Positions 13,771 to 26,100 of a DNA stretch of 64,000 nucleotides are shown here, piece after piece. The notes under the pieces are model-generated. The model worked only from the letters and a program-made list of their open reading frames with translations. It had not been told where the DNA came from and did no database searches. Each line of letters starts with the position of its first letter. Within the stretch, counting starts at the first letter, position 1. The stretch spans positions 1 through 64,000 of the forward strand of contig MCFE01000436.1 of assembly GCA_002104905.1 (NCBI GenBank), written 5' to 3'. Source of the DNA: Basidiobolus meristosporus CBS 931.73. Its lineage: Eukaryota > Fungi > Basidiobolomycota. The translations under genes and the position numbers were made by a program.

Positions 13771-15400
13771 ATGCCACCAAAAAGTAAAGCAAAGTTGTCT
13801 GGTTCTCAATCCAACCCTGCTGCTGATGGCAACAGAAGAACAGTTGGACAATTGCTTGCTTTGACATTCAGTGCACTAAGTGGGGCTACATCCAAAAAAG
13901 ACCCTGTGGACAGTATGCCCATTAAAGGTGTTAATGCAGACTCCTCAGGCTCTCAGTCAAGTAGGTAATTGTGAACCTCTGCGGAGCCACAAGCTGACTG
14001 TTATACTCAGTCAGATGAGGATGTAGCAAATGCAGTACCCTCAGGTGAAGATCAGCAAGTGGCCATGATAACATCACCACCACCCATATTAGCAAGTATG
14101 TTGTCAGCTCATACCAAAGCATTAATGAGACAATTAGGAGCAGTGGCCAATAGGATAGATGCAATGGCCCAGGGAAATCAGGAAATAGTCCAGAAACAGG
14201 ATGAGCAGATGATATGTGTAGAGCAATCAATATCCCAGGAAGAGAAAGCAGTGTCTTTGCTGCAAAGAAGGACCTCAAGTAGCTCAATGTCACAGCCTAG
14301 AATTGAGCTATCTCCCAATGCAACAGCAGAGAAACTCCGTACAGTCTTTGAGGCACAACAGCAGTGCCCAAATATATAGCCCACAGAAAAACCTATCAAC
14401 AGCATGGGAGGGAGACAATGTGGTGCTTGTACTAAAGCCTAAAAACAAAAGACATAATAGATCTGAGAAACTGTTGAGTGAGATAATGAAGAGTGGGCTA
14501 GTATACAAGAGGCTGTCAGAAGTCTAGCATGCAGTCACCTTAAGGCCAGCATACAATGGGACCATCAGGAACTCAAGGCAAAGCAGAATGCACTTGACCT
14601 GTTCCATGAGCATTATCCTGGACTTAAATGGGCAAAAAGATTTTGTGCCAGCATTGGTATGCAAAGAAAGTATCTTAAGAGTAGCAGAAACTATCAAAGG
14701 CAGAAAAACAAGGGTCCCATGGCCTAAAACCAGTGGCTTCCTCAAGGGCCCATTACAAGCTGGGCCAAAAGCTCCAGACAAGTGTCCAAGAGATGTCAGG
14801 TAGCTGGAAGAGTGTCAATCAGGGACAAGCAGGCAGACATGGATGCAACAGCACAACAATTATCAACAAAAAAGTGTAGTGCCACTCAAGAATCACCCAG
14901 TCAAAGTAGCAGTGAAGGATCTGGCAGTGATAAAAACCAGCCACTTTTTCAGGAGCCCATCACAACTATAGTTGAGAGCTCAAAACAAGCAGAAAAGAAA
15001 CATCAGGTTGCCACAAGAGTGCCAGCAAGGTACAAGCAGGCCAAAACAGATGTGCCACAGTAGAATTTATCCAGGAGGAAAAGTAGGTCTTTACAAGAAG
15101 CACTCAGACAAAGTAGCAGTGAAAGACCTGGTAGTGATAAAGGAAAAGGTAAAGGGAAAAATGTCTACCTAAGCCCAAGACAGGGAGGCATGCAAAAAAA
15201 ACTGCAGTTCTTGCCAATTAACACCGCAAGCCAGGAACAGACTGAGTCCCATCATAGCCAAGAAGAATTACCAACAAGAAAACAGCTGTTTTCAAAAGAG
15301 TTGGATGCACAGCCAGTTGAGCTACACTCCAGCAAGGTAGATGAGTTTGCTAAAAAAGGCAATCTGTCTACCACAGCCTCCACAGCCTCTATTGTTGACT
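13771..15400 (+). pseudogene. Second, divergently oriented gene of the CACTA-like element (coiled-coil, low-complexity tail), function unknown
   Basis: Chain of short ORFs (13771-13968, 14059-14379, 14303-14527 and onward). Its 5' part is joined to the CACTA terminus in the deletion derivative at 37190-38242. Confidence 0.55.
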
Positions 15401-15519
15401 GAGTGGAGATCCCACTGACAGACAAGGCTACAATGTCAAGAGCTCAAAAGACTATTGCAATGCCTTCAGTGGAGTTGTGGAACATTAATAGGCACATCAA
15501 AAGGCTGCAGCACTTCTTC

Positions 15520-16371
15520 AAGAGCAGTGCTCACAAATATGCACTGGAATATTGCAAGGATGGAGCCATGCACTGCATGCTGAAGTTCCAAATGATGGTC
15601 AGGAATCCAGGAAGGCATGCTGGCACAATCTGGTGCTGTTGCTTACAGTGTGTATTCTTCTTCTTGAAGCTCACCATCTGATTCCTCAAGGTATTCACTT
15701 ACTCACTGTCTGATACTTTGGAACTGTTGGCTGGATGAGTCCAGTGTATGTAGCTCTCAGAAGCCACTTAGCTCTACTAATATATCACATAGTTCATTTG
15801 TCATTGGAGGCAAAAACTTATTCAAAATCTCTTTGGTTCCCAAAGTTGAGGCACAAACAAATATGTCCAGCTTGTACTGAGCAAGTTGCATGCAAAATTG
15901 TTCCCTTGCAGCTTCTTCATCAAATCCCCTCACTCTCAGCTCATTCTTGCTATCAGTTCTTGTCTTGTTAAATATCTTTTTACATATTTCCACTGGCATC
16001 TTGATGTAGAACTCATTCCACAACTTTCTACTCAGATTCTTCCATCTCTGTCAGCTCTCAGAGGTATCTAGTTGTGCTAGATTAATGAGTAGTGCCCAAA
16101 TATCTCTATGAGGGCTCATCATTGACACCTGTGCCATACTAAAATCATTTGGCAAGAACTCAAACAGATCCAACATTGACTTTAGTAGTCTGGACAATGC
16201 TAGTGAGCTGCAGGATAGGTTTTGTCTGGGCTATACTAAAGCTGAGGTGAGACTTGGTATAGGGAGCATATTGATGGATCTGGATACTTATAAAGTATTG
16301 TATTGGCATCAACCTGGTCTTATATGAAATATATATGAAAACTAATCTGATTGTTGAATTTTTCATATATT
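15520..16371 (-). mobile_element. Fragment of the PHIS element (ORF2 region only)
   Basis: Homologous to 31230-32070. ORF 15757-16023 reads WNEFYIKMPVEICKKIFNK... Confidence 0.8.
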
Positions 16372-16600
16372 AGACATGCTCCTTTGGATAGGGCCACAGA
16401 GTGCCAGCCTGTTTTTAGTGCTGGATTGTTCTGGCACTCTATGGCACTATCTGGCACTATAATTTCTACCATAATGCCAGTGGTAGAATATAGTAATTGA
16501 TAATTTTACTCAATCTTACACAGGCTGCTCAGAATAGTGCTTTCCTTGCTTTATTTACTCTCCATAATGCTCCAGAAACATTTCTCTCAATGGATGTCTT
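16372..16600 (-). mobile_element. Inverted right end of a PHIS element
   Basis: AGACATGCTCCTTTGGATAGGGCCACAGAGTGCCAGCC is the reverse complement of the 33160-33385 end. Preceded by ATT. Confidence 0.8.
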
Positions 16601-16670
16601 GTATGACCCTATGAAAAGAAAATTGGTCATGTGGGTGAATTCAATCCTGGTCAGCCATCAGGATCCCATT

Positions 16671-17405
16671 AGACTTGTTCTATTGAATAGTGCCACATGG
16701 AGCCATGAGTGCCAATTGATGCCATAGTGTGCCAGGGAGGCCAAGTGCGCCTATACTTAGCCACAGAGTGTCAAACATAGCTCTGCATCCTCATGCAAAG
16801 CAGCCCCTGTGTTTCACTGATTGTACTGGAGATATTCCATTTTTTGATCTTTTTTTGTGGATCAATGTTGTGCAACATGTTTAAGAGCACAGATGAATTG
16901 AATATATGCACCTGGCACTCAATACCTATGGCACTCTGAATCTAGCTCCTGTAGCTTGTATCATGTCACAAAAATGAATGGCACTATCATGGTCCACTGG
17001 TACTATCTGGCACTAATTTAAAAATATTAGCCCTAATGTAAGACCTATAGAAAGTACTTATAGTGCCACATAGTATTAGTGGCCCAAGATAGTGCCATGC
17101 ATTTTTGCGACATGATACAAGCTACAGGAGCTAGATTCAGAGTGCCATAGGCCTTGGGTACTAGATGCATGTCTTCAGTCCTTCTGTGCTTGTACACATC
17201 CTGCACAACATTGCACCACAAAAAAAGGTCATAAAATGGATTTTCTCCTCCATAATAGGTGAAACACAGGGGCTGCTTTGTATGAAGAAGCAGAGCTATG
17301 TTTCACACTCTGTGGCCCAGTTTAGGTCTGCTATGCCTCTCTGGCACACAATGGCACTATTTGACATTCATGGCTTAATGTGGCACTATCCAACTGAACA
17401 AGTCT
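16671..17405. mobile_element. Foldback MITE copy 2
   Basis: AGACTTGTTC...GAACAAGTCT, 735 bp, long inverted arms. 3-bp TSD ATT/CTT, supported by the empty paralogous site near 10445. Confidence 0.9.
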
Positions 17406-17847
17406 CTTAAGAGACTGTCATAATACCAGCAGCTTGGAATTAGTGACCCTCTCAACAATCTTATGATGGGTTCAACACAGCATTTTGCTAATTTTACTAC
17501 CAAATAACGTAATAAAACTTGACAGGGTTTGCTTGGTACTGTGAAGATAATTGCATAGTCTTGTTTCAGTCCTATTGTCCTCTACAACTATTGTAAATGA
17601 ATTCAACCTGCCAGGACATCTAATTGCCTTATATAGTGAAAAATTTGACGGTATTTCAACAAGCTCACAGTCAGACTCTGATGGCATTATATTGGTAGTA
17701 TGGTGGCATACAAGTAGTTCTGTATAATGTTACCATACCAATTTACAAAGTGGTATTTCCTTTTTCTACCTCCCCTTGTGCAATTCTTATATTACACTGT
17801 CACCTCACTCCTCTTTATTTGCTTACCCACACCTACCTTGGGTATAT

Positions 17848-18215
17848 TGTTACAAGTCTTGGTATAAGAGTTGTAGAGGAATAGGGAGTTTAGCTAGTAT
17901 TGTATTCACTAAAACTTGAACTGATTTTTATTGAGGTTCCAGCAGCTCCTTATATACATTTTGCCAGATCAATTGCTGACTAATTGTATTTCCTAATGTA
18001 GGTTGTGGCTGATGACTCATTTGATTGCATCATCATCACCCAATAAGATCCTACTTAATATATCTATTTCTGTCTGATAAGGATCTGCTGATTCATTTGC
18101 TGACTAATGCTACTGATTTCATAGATAATACTGATATACTGATAACCTAAACATATACTAATTGATTTGACTAAAAACTGATCTAACTTAAACATTCAAG
18201 CGGCAGATCATAACA
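17848..18215 (-). repeat. Solo LTR of Gypsy family B
   Basis: TGTTAC...ATAACA, 368 bp, homologous to 36651-37019. Flanks ATAT/AAAT, compared with the empty site near 10875. Confidence 0.85.
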
Positions 18216-18469
18216 AAATCACATATAGTTTGAATCAAGAAAAACTATGGCCTCCTGCTTACTAACCTCTACAAACATGCACACCTGCCGCAATTGACAT
18301 ACTTCTATCACCTCAACTTTACGGCTTTTTAGTGTGATACTTGCAAAGTTGCCATTTACATTGTAACACTGGTTACACAAAAATCTTGCAAACATATGCT
18401 TGGTTGTCACCACATTTGCCATGAATACCTCCTGAATATCTGCAAAGAGCTTCTTGGTATTTAGCCCAT

Positions 18470-21400
18470 AGACTTGTTCCATTGTGCCATTCCAGGGCAT
18501 GCGGCGCAATCCATGGTCTCTAAGAACAATGGGGCATGAAATTGTAGCTACTAGTAGGCAGGATTGCTCTTGGACAATTTTGCACCATGTGGGACAGTCT
18601 TGCACACTATGGCACAATCTGACACAATGAGGTGGGCACAAATGATTGTGCCAACTTGTGATGCTTGCATCACGTGCGCAATTGGATACTGCTATTATGG
18701 TGGGTAACATCCGGTACTTGGATATGTTTCTTTAATATAAGTTAAATAAATGCATATCACACTATAAACTACACTGATTCTTACCATTTGGTTACCATCA
18801 CTCCAATTAAGTCATATCTTAGTGGTTAATTGGTCCAAAAGTATTCTGAAGCTGTCAGCTCCCAATTGGCTCTTTGACCAATACACAAGCTACCTGACTT
18901 GCCATCAAATATCCTATTTTGCCCATTAAGGAAGTTAATCCCTGATCCTAGTGATTGGACAAGGTGTCATAGCTAGCACGCAACAAATTATGTGGGTGTT
19001 TAACCAGATCAAATGGCAGCACTGGTGCCACAGATGATGTATACATATGCAGGGTGTTTATTTATAGGGGTCCTGTCTCAAATGTGAGACAACCTTGAGA
19101 TTGTTTATATCAAAATTTAGTAATGATTTGCAATTCAATGTGATTGCTTCATCTTCTCTTAGGTTTTTTTCTCACAGGAATTACCACTGAGGCATTTGGT
19201 AGTGAATCACTTTGCACACCTAAACTACTATCTTGTTGACTATCCTCCTGGCTACTTGTATAATTGTAGTCAGTAATTTGCCTCCTAGTTGTTGAGTGTA
19301 ATGCTGCAGCTTGGCTGCGCTGAATTGCTCCAGATGATGCAACTGAGCCAGCCTGCAGTGCTATGCACTAATGCGTTTTTTTACTTGCCCAAGGCTCTGG
19401 TGGTGGAGGCACTTCATGTGGGTCAACATCAGTCAGTTCACCAGTAGCAACTTGCAAAGGTTGGGTGTAATGGCATGCACAGATGCAACTTTATACGCTA
19501 GCATGGCCCTTGGCTGAGTTCAATGTGATGCCGCTTGTTGACACAACTTGGCCTGCTCCAATGAACTTGTGTCTTTTTGAGCAGCTTGGCAAGTTCTGGT
19601 GGTTTTGCTCTGAAGTGTACATGTTGACCCTATACGCGTTGACTCAATGCGGAGCGCTCTTGTGAAGGGTGTTGGTGCAGTTTGGACTGACATGTACAGG
19701 GGTGCTGAAGTTGCAAGGGATGGTAGGGAATCCAGCAAGGCATGCTGGTGCAACCTAGACAATGTTGCTTGCGGCCTGTATTCTTCCTCTTGAAGCTCAC
19801 CTTCTGATTCCTCAAGGTATTCACTTAACCTGTGTCTGATACTTTGGAACTGCTGGCTGGATGAGTCCTGTGTATATTGCTTGCAGAAGCCACTTAGCTC
19901 TACTAATATATTACATGGTACATTTGTCATTACAGGCAAAAACTCATTCAAAATCTCTTTGGTTCCCAAAGTCAAGACATTACCGGACATGTCTGGCCTG
20001 TACTAGACAAACTGCACGCTAAATTATTCCTGCATGGCTTTCTCATCAAATCTCCTCACTCTCAGCTCATTCTTGATTTCAACACTTGTCTTGTTATACA
20101 TCTTTTTATATACATTTGCTGGCATCATGATGTAGAACTCATGCCACAGCTTTCTACTCAGGTTCTTCCATCTGTGTCAACTCTCCAAGGTATCTGGTTG
20201 TGCTAGATTAATGAGTTGTGCCCAAATATATGTATGAAAGCTCATCATAGACACTTAAGCCATACTGAAGTCATATGGCAAGAACTTGAACAGATCCAAC
20301 GTCAACTTTTCCAGCCAGACTGTGCTTGTGAGCTAGGGCGTGGGTTTTGTCTAGGTTGTACTACAGATGAGTTGAAATTTAGTATAGGGACCATAGTGCT
20401 GCATTTGGATACCTATGCAGTAGTGTATTGGCTTCAACCTGGTATTATGTCAAATACATGTGAAAACCAATGTGATTGTTGAATTCTCCATATATTATGC
20501 ATGATGCATCTTGGATAGCATTGACACAGATGCAATCTTATCAATTGCCGATTTCCTATTTGATTATAGACTTGTGAGTACAACGTCAATAAAATTACCC
20601 AGTCATTGTTTGAGGATAACATTTGCAACATAATGATGGGATACATGGCAACTGATGGAGAATTAATCACAATGCCTGAAAAATCAGATAAATAAAGCTG
20701 ATTGTGCCAAATCAATTCAAATCACCTCAGCCAAATCTTCTACCAATTTTAATATGACCTACTCATCTGAATGGCTTTTTCTCACCAATCCCATCACTAC
20801 CACTGGATTTCCTTTTGACACACTAGAGGAGATCTATACCAAGCACTGTGGGCCATCTGCCCTAATCTACCTAAGGAGATCCCCGGTTAAGCTTCTCTGC
20901 TATTACAAGAGCTATTGCCCTACAAGGTTTCATTCCACCATCCATGGCAACACAAGTCCTAAAAGCTCTCATTCCTAGCAGACAACAATAGAGAACCACC
21001 TTGCTGAGGGTATGAAAGACTAGAGTAAGCTTAGAGTACCAGGTTCAGGAGCTCCAATAGACTTGCATATCTCCAAGTGCTCAGCTACAGGTTCCATATA
21101 GGGAGTATTTTGGATACCTTCCCAGTCAGGATTAACAAGCCATCTAGAGCGCAGAGGCACTTTTATTCTGGCAAGTACAAGGCACACTGTGTGAAGTTTC
21201 AAGCACTGTCTGACATTGAGGGTAACATCATCTGGTTTAGTGGGCCATTTGCTGGAAGTAGGCATGACAAAGCACTCCGGCTAGAGAATCCTCCAGAATT
21301 CAGCAGAGGGGAGAAATGTATTTCAAACTTAGCTTGTATAGGAGAGGATTGTCAGAGATTAGGATGTATCACAGCTTATAGGAAGCCAAGGAGCGGTGTG

Positions 21401-21807
21401 CTTAGCAGGAAGCAGAAGCTCTACAACAAGATATTTAATCATTTTGAGTAAGAGTAGAGTGTACATTTGGACATCTAAAGCAATTCAGCATATTGGCAAG
21501 TAAATACAGAGGAAGGTCATATATAGGAAAAAACAGCAGAATATGTAAAATAGCGATGATACTATCAATGCACAGTATATTCATACAAGAAGACATCCAC
21601 TGAGAGAAATATGTCTGGAGCATTATGAAGAGTAAATAAAGTAAGGGAAGCACTACTCTGAGCAATATAAGTAATATTGAGTAAAATTACCAGTAACTAT
21701 AACCTACCCCTGGCATTATGGTAGACACTATAGTGCCAGATAGTGTCAGATTGATCCGGCATTAAAACAGGCTGACACTATGTGGCACTATCAAATGGAA
21801 CAAGTCT
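18470..21807 (+). mobile_element. PHIS (PIF/Harbinger-related) DNA transposon copy 1, full-length, both genes decayed
   Basis: TIR AGACTTGTTCCATT / AATGGAACAAGTCT. Flanks CAT/TAT (empty site AAT near 11125). Transposase remnants at 20754-21650 (+), ORF2 remnants at ~19150-20400 (-). Confidence 0.9.
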
Positions 21808-22829
21808 TATATATTCCTTTGCCCTGTTGGAATCTAGTCCCCCTTATAGGTGTGCTCTGGCTCTTGTTTGTGTGAATCTGTATTGAATGGTGTAGAAGTT
21901 GGCTTATGACTAAGAGAAATCTAGCATACCTTGGTAGAGTTTACCTAATAAAAATTAGTTGCTTGTTGCACTCAACCAAACTTGGCATTACTTAGCTGAT
22001 CACACATGCATTGGGGCTGCCTAGCTTATTTATGCCATTGGCATAGGTGTCTCCATGTGAATATTTGTCCTCAATATTTTCCAACTATTCCTGGTGGCCC
22101 TCTAAATGCCAACTCATCACATTCATGACAGACTTGAAGGTGATATTCTTGATCAGATTGTGATATAGTAGTTCCTGCAACTTGACTTGTCTTTCTATCT
22201 CCCTACACATCCACTCCATAGGAAACTTACAAAAGGTGAAGCAAGGCCCAATATTCTCCACACACCATGCAAGATGGAGTAGAGAATGGATACAGTAGTG
22301 GCAAAGTTCTTTGCGTTCTGCTTTATGTTTGTAGTATAGCTGCTCAAAGCATGTTACAAACCCCTCACACAACAGCTGTAGATGTGTCAAGGTGGCATTG
22401 GTGATTCACCTCTGGATCAATATTCCTACAATATCCATATATGACTCCCAATGCTTTCAATATACTCTTGGTAAGAATGGCTACAGAACACCTCCTAAAT
22501 AAATACATATCCAGTTCATCCAGAGTTTGCATTTGTATTGATGCATTTGCATATGAATATTGATTGGAGCCCATGAGAAGTACTTGAGGTAGCAGATGCT
22601 CTGTATATCTTGCCAATTCTTTCAAATTTTTCCAGTATCTCAAAGGACTCATTTAGCTTGAAATGCCCCCTGTACAACTTGGTCATCAGTATAGGAATAT
22701 TGTTGAAAAGCAAATGCATTGCTCCCAGTGGAAAGCTTTTGCTCCAACAGATACCATTGGATTAATTTTGATTGTGGATCATTAATCTTGCCAAGTCAAT
22801 TATATATATGTTTGCACATTCTGCTATGC

Positions 22830-23130
22830 CATTTAGCTGTGGGGGGTGAGTTACAGTAATCTCCTACTACATCCCAGGAGTTTTGCAGAAGTGGATTAAA
22901 AGTTTGAGGAATATATTCCACCAATGTCAGAGCGCATTTTCTTAATGTTCTCCCCAGTTCCTCTCCCCATCATGACTTTTAAGTCCCTCAACTAAAACCA
23001 AGCTCCTTCTTTTATCTCCATGAAGTAGACAACACGCATCTTTTACATACATCAATTAGAGTGATCCAATATTTCATTTGCATAAAGTTGAATTTTGCCA
23101 CTTGGTGCATGTTGAAAAGGTCTTGAAGAA
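22830..23130 (-). pseudogene. Copia integrase core fragment
   Basis: Homologous to 55790-56030 (degenerate IRSDNGGEY region). Confidence 0.7.
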
Positions 23131-26100
23131 GCAAAGAGAGAACAAGCCCTATGGCAAGCTAAAAAAGTGTAAACTCTAAGGTTGAAGTTATTAGGACCCT
23201 GTAGCAGCCCCTTAGCATATAAGATCTCCAATTAACCATTGGATTAATTTGGTATTATTAGAGATTTGTTAAGTTCTTTGCAAGTATTGCAGCACCATTG
23301 ACTGACATCCTCAATAAAGGCAACACCTCAAAGTGGGACATAACTTGTCAGACTGACTTCCAGATGTTCAAGATGAACTTGCTAAGCTTCCAGCTTTAGA
23401 ATACCAGACTGAAGAAAAGAGTTTTCTCTGTGCACAGATGCTTCAGACAATGCAATTGGTGGAGTAATGAGCCAAGAGCATGAAAGAAAGGACCACCCAT
23501 TTGTTTTAATACAAGAAATCAAGCTTAACATAGCAAAACTATCCAGTGCATGAGTAGGAGATGCTTGCCACAAAGTACCGCTTGAAGACCAGGAGATGCT
23601 ACATTGAAGAAGCCAAGTGCACTGTGAAAGCTGATCATGTCTCACTCAAGTCTATATTTACTCAGAAAGGACTGTCCAGAAGTATGGCAAGACGGCGTGA
23701 GCACATTCAGCAATTTGGCTTGGAGATTATTGACTGCCCTGGGAAAGGCAACATGATAACTGATGTCTTATCAAGACTAAGAACAAGTTGCACAACTCAA
23801 CTTGGTGCAAGAATTAGATTGGCCCGGCTTATTACCAAAGTACTTGGAGGCCCAAGCCATTAACAAAGAGTTGGATGAAGACATTAAGAAGATGATCCAT
23901 GATTAAGCCAGCAAATTTGTAGTACAAGATGGAACACTCTACCAAATTATTGATGGACATCCTACTGCCTATTGCCCTTATGTTGCTTGTCTGGATTTCA
24001 TACGTAAAATACCTAATGGATATGAAAATCTTGGAGCTGAAGGAACCTATAGTCTTTTGAAATCCAGAGCATGATTGCTCCGAATGAAACATGATATTGA
24101 GATGCTGGTGAAAACATGCCCAAATTTCCCAATCAACCAAGACCAACCGCAGAGAGTTACCAAAGTCTTTCCCTTGGAGCCTGCATGACCAATTGAGAGC
24201 TGGGGAATTGACTTTATTGCAAGACTGCCAACCACCAGGAAATGCAACTATTGGAGCCTGGTAGCAATTGGCCATGCCACTAAATGGGCAGTTACTAAAG
24301 CTGTACATGTAGTCAGTGAGCAAGAGGCAGCAAGTTTCTTCTACCATGAGATTCCTCTGAAGCTTGGATGCCCTGTAGAAATGTTACCTGATAGAGAAGC
24401 CAACTTCAATGAATCACTTGGAAAAATGCTGGCCAAGTATGCAAATGGAGCTGTCAGTAGATGGATTGAATAAAAACCAAGCTTTTTTCCTGCAGAGTGT
24501 CATTGCACACCACCACCTAGCAATGGCCATTTTATGTTTTGTAGGATGGGAGCCAATGATTCCAGGAGATCCTACTCAATCAAAGCTTACAGACACCTTG
24601 GAAACATAACTCAGTCAGCCAGGTAGACACCAGCAAGTAGAAAAAAGACATCAAGAGGCACAGGCCAAAGTATCTCAAAGTGCAGAAGAGATGAAGCAGA
24701 AAATGCTGCACTATATGGGACAATCTTACACACTATAGTGCAATCTGACTCAATGAGGTTGGCATGACTGATTGCACCAACTTGTGATGTTTGCATCACA
24801 TGCATAATTGGATGCAACCATGGCAGTAGGTAATGTCCTGTACTTGGATATCTTTCTTTTGTGTAAGTGGACATAAACGTGTATCACACTGAAAACTACA
24901 CTGATATTTACCTTTTTAGCTACTATCACTGAAATTGGATGGTATTTCAAAGGCTGACAGGTCTAAACGTACCCTGAGCCTGTTGGCCCCTGATTGGCTC
25001 ATTGTTCACTACACAAGCTAACTGATTTGCCATCTAACATCCCATTTTGGCCATTGAATAAGTGAATTTGTGATATTAGTGATTGAACAAGGTGTCATAG
25101 CAAGCACACAACTGATTGAATAGGGGCAAATTTGGTCAAATAGCTGCACTAGTGTTACAGATGATGTATATATATGCATGGAGCTTATCATATTGGCTCT
25201 GTCTCAAATATGAGATACTCTGCATTTACTTATATCAAATACTGAGTGATCACTGATTTGCAATGGCTTAATTTGGATTGCAAAAAATGAGTTTTTTAGA
25301 TCATGACAAATGGCAACAACTCAATGTAATTGCATAACCTTCTACTAGGTTCTTTTCTCTCAGGGATTACTATTGAGGATATTTAGCAGTGATTCACTTT
25401 GCACACCTAAACTACTTTCTTATTGACTATTATCTTGATTACTTGTGTACTTGTAGTCACTATAGTACCTCCTAAATGATAACAGAAACAGCCTGAAGTG
25501 CTACATGCTGATGCATTCTTTTACTTGTCTCAAATGTGAGACAACCTTGAGATTGTTTATATCAAAATTTAGTATTGACTTGCAATTCAATGTGATTGCT
25601 TCATCTTCTCTTAGGTTTTTTTCTCACAGGAATTACCACTGAGGCATTTGGTAGTGAATCACTTTGCACACCTAAACTACTATCTTGTTGACTATCCTCT
25701 TGGCTACTTGTATAATTGTAGTCAGTAATTTGCCTCCTAGTTGTTGAGTGTAATGCTGCAGCTTGGCTGCGCTAAATTGCTCCAGATGATGCAACTGAGC
25801 CAGCCTGCAGTGCTATGCGCTAACATGTTCTTTTACTTGCCCAAGGATCTGGGTGGTGGAGGCACTTCTGGTAGGTGATGTCAGTCAGTTCAACAGGAGT
25901 AAATTGTGGATGCTCAGGTATAGTGGCATGCACTGGTGAAACTTGATGTGTTGGCATAGCTCTTGCATAAGTTTGATGTGATGTTACATTTTGATGCAAC
26001 TTGTCCCGCTCCAATGGACTTGTGTACATATGAGCAATTTAGCAAGTTCTGGTAATTTTGCCCTAAAGCACGCACTGATTTAATGTGCATCAACTTGATG

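Larger units (their letters stand above)
10386..15500 (-). mobile_element. CACTA/EnSpm-like DNA transposon copy 1 (right boundary approximate, that terminus not found)
   Basis: Starts CACTATGAAAA at 10386. The same terminal region recurs at 16607, ~38240 (inverted) and ~40580 (inverted). Contains a decayed transposase and a divergent second gene. Confidence 0.75.
16607..22760 (-). mobile_element. CACTA-like copy 2 (3' half), host to a MITE, a solo LTR and a PHIS element
   Basis: CCCTATGAAAA terminus. After removing 16671-17405, 17848-18215 and 18470-21807 it is colinear with ~10386-12090, including DUF4218-like ORFs 22085-22719. Confidence 0.8.
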
